A DNA stretch of 64,000 nt, taken from NCBI GenBank assembly GCA_963667015.2, contig CAXXJJ010000004.1, positions 2,176,001 to 2,240,000 on the forward strand, read 5' to 3'. Below the pieces are notes generated by a model that had not been told where the DNA came from, made no database searches, and saw nothing but the letters and a program-made list of their open reading frames with translations. The stretch is from Desulfatiglandales bacterium (GTDB lineage: Bacteria > Desulfobacterota > DSM-4660 > Desulfatiglandales > HGW-15). The position numbers and the translations under genes were made by a program. This document shows positions 60,509 through 64,000 of the stretch, in pieces (the first letter of the stretch is position 1; the number at the start of each line of letters is the position of its first letter).

Positions 60509-61594
60509 ATGATACTGAATTTAAACGAACTTATAGAAAAAAGCGCCGCTACTGCTCTAACTCATCAAAGAAACGACGGAGCAATGCCGGCAGGTCACAA
60601 TGGCCCATATAATGATCCGGAAACTCCTGTAAGAAACACAGCCCATTTTCTTTATTTATTTTCAGATCTTTATCAAAAGACAGGAGATGCTCAATATCAA
60701 CTCGCTTGTGAAAAAGCAATTGACTATTTGTCAAGTTCGGAAGCAACACCCTTCGGACACACATTCCATTGCAGAGACAAAGTCGGGAAAGATAAATGCA
60801 ATGGATTAATCGGTCAGGCCTGGGTTATTGAAGCTCTGGTAAAGGCTTCGAGTGTATTTAACAGAAAAGATTTTTATGACCTGGCTGAAAACCTATTCCT
60901 CATTCACCCCTGGGACAAAAATGTAAATCGTTGGAAACGCGTTGAAATAGAAGGTAATATCTTACCATATGATACAACCTTCAATCATCAGTTATGGTTT
61001 GCAGCTGCCGGCTCATTACTAAATAAAACAAAGATTGCTATGTATCGGGCACTAACCTTTTTGCAAAATATTGCTAGCAATGTAAACCTATATAAAAACG
61101 GCGTTATCTTTCACTCTTCGTCAATGGGCAAACTGATAGACTATTTTAAAAATGGTCGCAAAGAACTCATTAGAGAGTTACGATTCAGGAATCGCAAGAG
61201 AAAAGAGAAAAATAAATTATATTTAAAATCCGTGGGCTACCATGGTTTTAACCTATACGCTTTTGCTCTATTAAAAAAAGCTTTTCCTGATGAAAAAATA
61301 TGGAAAACCAAAACCTTTAACAAACTTATCAATGTGTGCAATGACATTCAGTTCCAGGAAAAGCTTAAATATTCAGAGTTTGGTTACATCTATAACCTAT
61401 CAGGAATCGAGATCGCCTATGCCATGGAAACATTCTTCGATGATAAAGAAAAAGTGATTCCATGGCTTGAGATCCAGTTTAAGGAGACTTTTGATTATGA
61501 CAGCTATTCTTTCTCTAGGGGTGTACAGGATAAAAACACAGCTATCGCCAGAATATATGAAGCGGCAAGATTTAAATATAATTATACTGTTTAA
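60509..61594 (+). CDS. AglQ-like (alpha/alpha toroid) putative sugar epimerase/isomerase
   Basis: MPAGHNGPYNDPETPVRNT, NGLIGQAW, TFNHQLWF and GYH.FN motifs, recalled from AglQ-annotated proteins. Confidence 0.6.
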   Translation: MILNLNELIEKSAATALTHQRNDGAMPAGHNGPYNDPETPVRNTAHFLYLFSDLYQKTGDAQYQLACEKAIDYLSSSEATPFGHTFHCRDKVGKDKCNGLIGQAWVIEALVKASSVFNRKDFYDLAENLFLIHPWDKNVNRWKRVEIEGNILPYDTTFNHQLWFAAAGSLLNKTKIAMYRALTFLQNIASNVNLYKNGVIFHSSSMGKLIDYFKNGRKELIRELRFRNRKRKEKNKLYLKSVGYHGFNLYAFALLKKAFPDEKIWKTKTFNKLINVCNDIQFQEKLKYSEFGYIYNLSGIEIAYAMETFFDDKEKVIPWLEIQFKETFDYDSYSFSRGVQDKNTAIARIYEAARFKYNYTV

Positions 61595-61649
61595 ATAAAT
61601 TAAGTCTTTCTACACAATTAAAAGTCAAAAATTTTTTCAAGCAAGTATT

Positions 61650-62570
61650 TTGAAAAAAATCAATATTAGTATAATAATCCCGGTCTATGATGATTCACAA
61701 GGCTTGATAACGAGTCTTGAATCAATCAACTTCCATCTAGGTAATAGAAAAGATACAGAAGTTATTGTCTGCAATGATGGAGGTGGAGATAGCATTTCAA
61801 AAATTGCAGAGTTATATAACGTCAAGGAAGTAAGGTTAAATAAAAACAGAGGTTCCTATGCGGCGCGTAATAAAGGGATAGAGGCATCAAAAGGTGACAT
61901 TCTCGTATTCCTGGATGCCGATCAGAAAATAACTGAAAACTGGCTTAATGCTGGAGTGGCCGCTTTAAGTATTTCCGATTATGCCGGAGGCTTGATAAAA
62001 ATTGAAGAAGTTGAAAACCCTACAGATTGGGAATTGCTTAACATACTCACTGCCTTTCCTGTGAAAAACTATCTTGAAAATTCACATTTTGCGCCTACAG
62101 CTAACCTGTTCATCAATAAAAAAATATTAACTAAAGTCGGCCAATTTAACGAAATATTATATTCCGGTGGAGATTATGACTTCGGATTAAGGGTTTTCAA
62201 TAATGGATTCAAACAAGTATTCGCCCCTGATGCCATTACTTTCCACCCTGTAAGAAATAAGAGTGAACAATTAAGGAAACTAAAAAGAACTGCATATGGT
62301 TACGTAGATCTTCTATTCTTAGTCCAAAACAGTAATAAATTACTATTTATCATTGACTCATTCAAACGACTTATTCTTGTTCCTTTTGAAATGATATGGA
62401 GAATCTTTCGATTTCCATTTTTTGATTACTGGAAAAACGATAAAATAAATTTTAAATTCATCTATATAAAAAAATTAAAAAAATTCATATACACATGGTT
62501 TTTATTGAAACATGCATTTGGAATTATATTCAATAAATTTCATAAGATATTATTCAAACAAAACACATAG
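61650..62570 (+). CDS. Glycosyltransferase family 2
   Basis: IIPVY, ARNKG, FLDAD, SGGD. Confidence 0.9.
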   Translation: MKKINISIIIPVYDDSQGLITSLESINFHLGNRKDTEVIVCNDGGGDSISKIAELYNVKEVRLNKNRGSYAARNKGIEASKGDILVFLDADQKITENWLNAGVAALSISDYAGGLIKIEEVENPTDWELLNILTAFPVKNYLENSHFAPTANLFINKKILTKVGQFNEILYSGGDYDFGLRVFNNGFKQVFAPDAITFHPVRNKSEQLRKLKRTAYGYVDLLFLVQNSNKLLFIIDSFKRLILVPFEMIWRIFRFPFFDYWKNDKINFKFIYIKKLKKFIYTWFLLKHAFGIIFNKFHKILFKQNT

Positions 62571-62586
62571 ATTTATTCCTAATAAA

Positions 62587-63570
62587 ATGTCCCCTGCTGT
62601 CTCTATCATCATCCCAACTGCAAATCGACCCCAATACCTGCCACGTGCAATTAGGAGTGCCCTCGAAGGAATGCAAGCAAGTGAAATTGAGGTGATAGTT
62701 ATACCTAACGGACCTGATGAATCATGGAAAAAGGCACTAAAACCATTTCAAAGCAATTCTTCTGTCCGAGTGATACCTATCAAAGAGGAGAATGGCAACA
62801 TTGCAAGAAATAGAGGTCTGGAAGAAGCTCGTGGGCAATATATACGTTTCCTTGATGATGATGATTACCTGTTACAAGAAGGAGCCATTAAGCAGTATGA
62901 ATTAATTCAATCTAGCAATGCAGATGTAGTTTCTGGCAGCGGAAATCTTATTGATGCGAAAGGAAGATGTTTCGATACATGGTATCAACCCGACCTCAAT
63001 GATTTTTGCGAGGCTGTTCTAGGCCCTTGGCGAGTTTGCCTCTCTATGGCCCATGTATATAAACACTCAATTATAAAAAACGCACGATGGAATCAAAAAA
63101 CATCTGGGCGTCAAGACGTTGAATGGCTGGTTAATTTATGCGCTGAAAAAGAATTAAATTGGAAAAAGATAGATTACAGCGTCGGTGCGTGGCAACATCA
63201 TTGGGGTTTAAGAATATCATCTTCGGAACATTTTAAAAAAATTCGCAATAAGATTTGTGTACCAATGCTTATGCGAGCATTTGAAAAGTTAAAAGAAGAG
63301 AATAGGCTAAGTGAAATGCGACGGAGAGCAGTATCCCTTGGTTTATGGGATTTTGTTCATGGCAGTTTTTTTCTGGAGCCATCTTACTGGAGCCAAATTG
63401 CTGCCACAGCTAATAAGATTGATCCTTCAGCAAGGCCGATACAACCAATCTATAATTTCTCAATTCTTCGCCACCTGAATCCAATAACAATTCAATGGAT
63501 GATGCTGCCTAAACGCTGGCTTTTTCACAAAAAGAAGTATTTATTTAGAATTCTCCACATCCATAACTAG
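62587..63570 (+). CDS. Glycosyltransferase family 2
   Basis: IIPTANR, ARNRG, FLDDDD. Confidence 0.9.
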   Translation: MSPAVSIIIPTANRPQYLPRAIRSALEGMQASEIEVIVIPNGPDESWKKALKPFQSNSSVRVIPIKEENGNIARNRGLEEARGQYIRFLDDDDYLLQEGAIKQYELIQSSNADVVSGSGNLIDAKGRCFDTWYQPDLNDFCEAVLGPWRVCLSMAHVYKHSIIKNARWNQKTSGRQDVEWLVNLCAEKELNWKKIDYSVGAWQHHWGLRISSSEHFKKIRNKICVPMLMRAFEKLKEENRLSEMRRRAVSLGLWDFVHGSFFLEPSYWSQIAATANKIDPSARPIQPIYNFSILRHLNPITIQWMMLPKRWLFHKKKYLFRILHIHN

Positions 63571-63629
63571 TTTTTTATTTTCAAACACTCCTCTTAACGG
63601 ATAAATGTCTTTTTCCTGAATTATAACAA

Positions 63630-64000
63630 ATGAATAATAAATATAAAAAATCCATTGGCTGGAAACTTATCAGCCGACTCGGAAATTTATTACTCCCGGT
63701 ATTAGCACTTTTATCATGGTCTATTATTCTTTTGCAAAAATTTACCAAAAAGGTCTATATTTTAAAACATAATCAGAAAAAAAATATTTTACTAATCACT
63801 CAGAATGGAATAGCAGCAGACCATATAAAGCTAATCAGGGATTTATTTAAAAATGATCCTAAACTCAACTTCGTTATCACTGATGACTCAATATTAAACA
63901 GTCATTTTTCAAAAGAAGAATTAGCATCCATTATCAATGAAAGTCAGATAAATATTATATACGCTCTATTACTGTATTGGGATTTAATAATTTTTGTCAA
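63630..64000 (+). CDS. Partial CDS of the polysaccharide locus (runs off the window)
   Basis: Frame from ATG 63630 reads MNNKYKKSIGWKL... with no stop seen. Confidence 0.6.
   Translation, partial: MNNKYKKSIGWKLISRLGNLLLPVLALLSWSIILLQKFTKKVYILKHNQKKNILLITQNGIAADHIKLIRDLFKNDPKLNFVITDDSILNSHFSKEELASIINESQINIIYALLLYWDLIIFV

Overview
AT-rich bacterial window; gene content suggests an anaerobic Desulfobacterota (deltaproteobacterial) genome (inference). It has five blocks. (1) 1-25.1 kb is a patchwork redox/Fe-S/metal island. It has three PAS-sigma54 activators plus a deleted fourth copy, at least six sigma54 promoters with two tandem enhancer motifs, and three UGA-recoded selenoproteins with SECIS-like hairpins (formate dehydrogenase alpha, peroxiredoxin PrxU, a FmdB-type zinc ribbon ending GFS-U-A). 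It also has Trx/TrxB/AhpD/NADH-oxidase-type genes, Orange-protein-type genes (NifB/NifX, Mrp, DUF134, DUF5320), CooC/CooT, J-domain proteins and moaA. Two unannotated 59-aa three-Cys paralogues each head a disulfide-reductase operon. A structured candidate sigma54-driven small RNA has a CCUCC loop complementary to the prxU ribosome-binding site. Several deletion scars are present. (2) 25-30 kb: EAL-HDOD, AmgK-like kinase and a frameshifted TPR protein. (3) 30.4-42.4 kb: a type II secretion operon. (4) 42.8-50.7 kb: EthD, HIT, a giant acidic-repeat FGE-fold protein divergent from an orphan parA operon (divergent sigma54 promoters), and USP. (5) 50.9-64 kb: a split wHTH regulator, two VapBC-type TA pairs, and a low-GC Wzm/Wzt polysaccharide locus with a VioA-MaoC-CitE-acyltransferase cassette and an AglQ-like gene. 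No rRNA, tRNA, CRISPR array, transposase or reverse transcriptase was seen. All family assignments are by motif recognition only; no searches were run.
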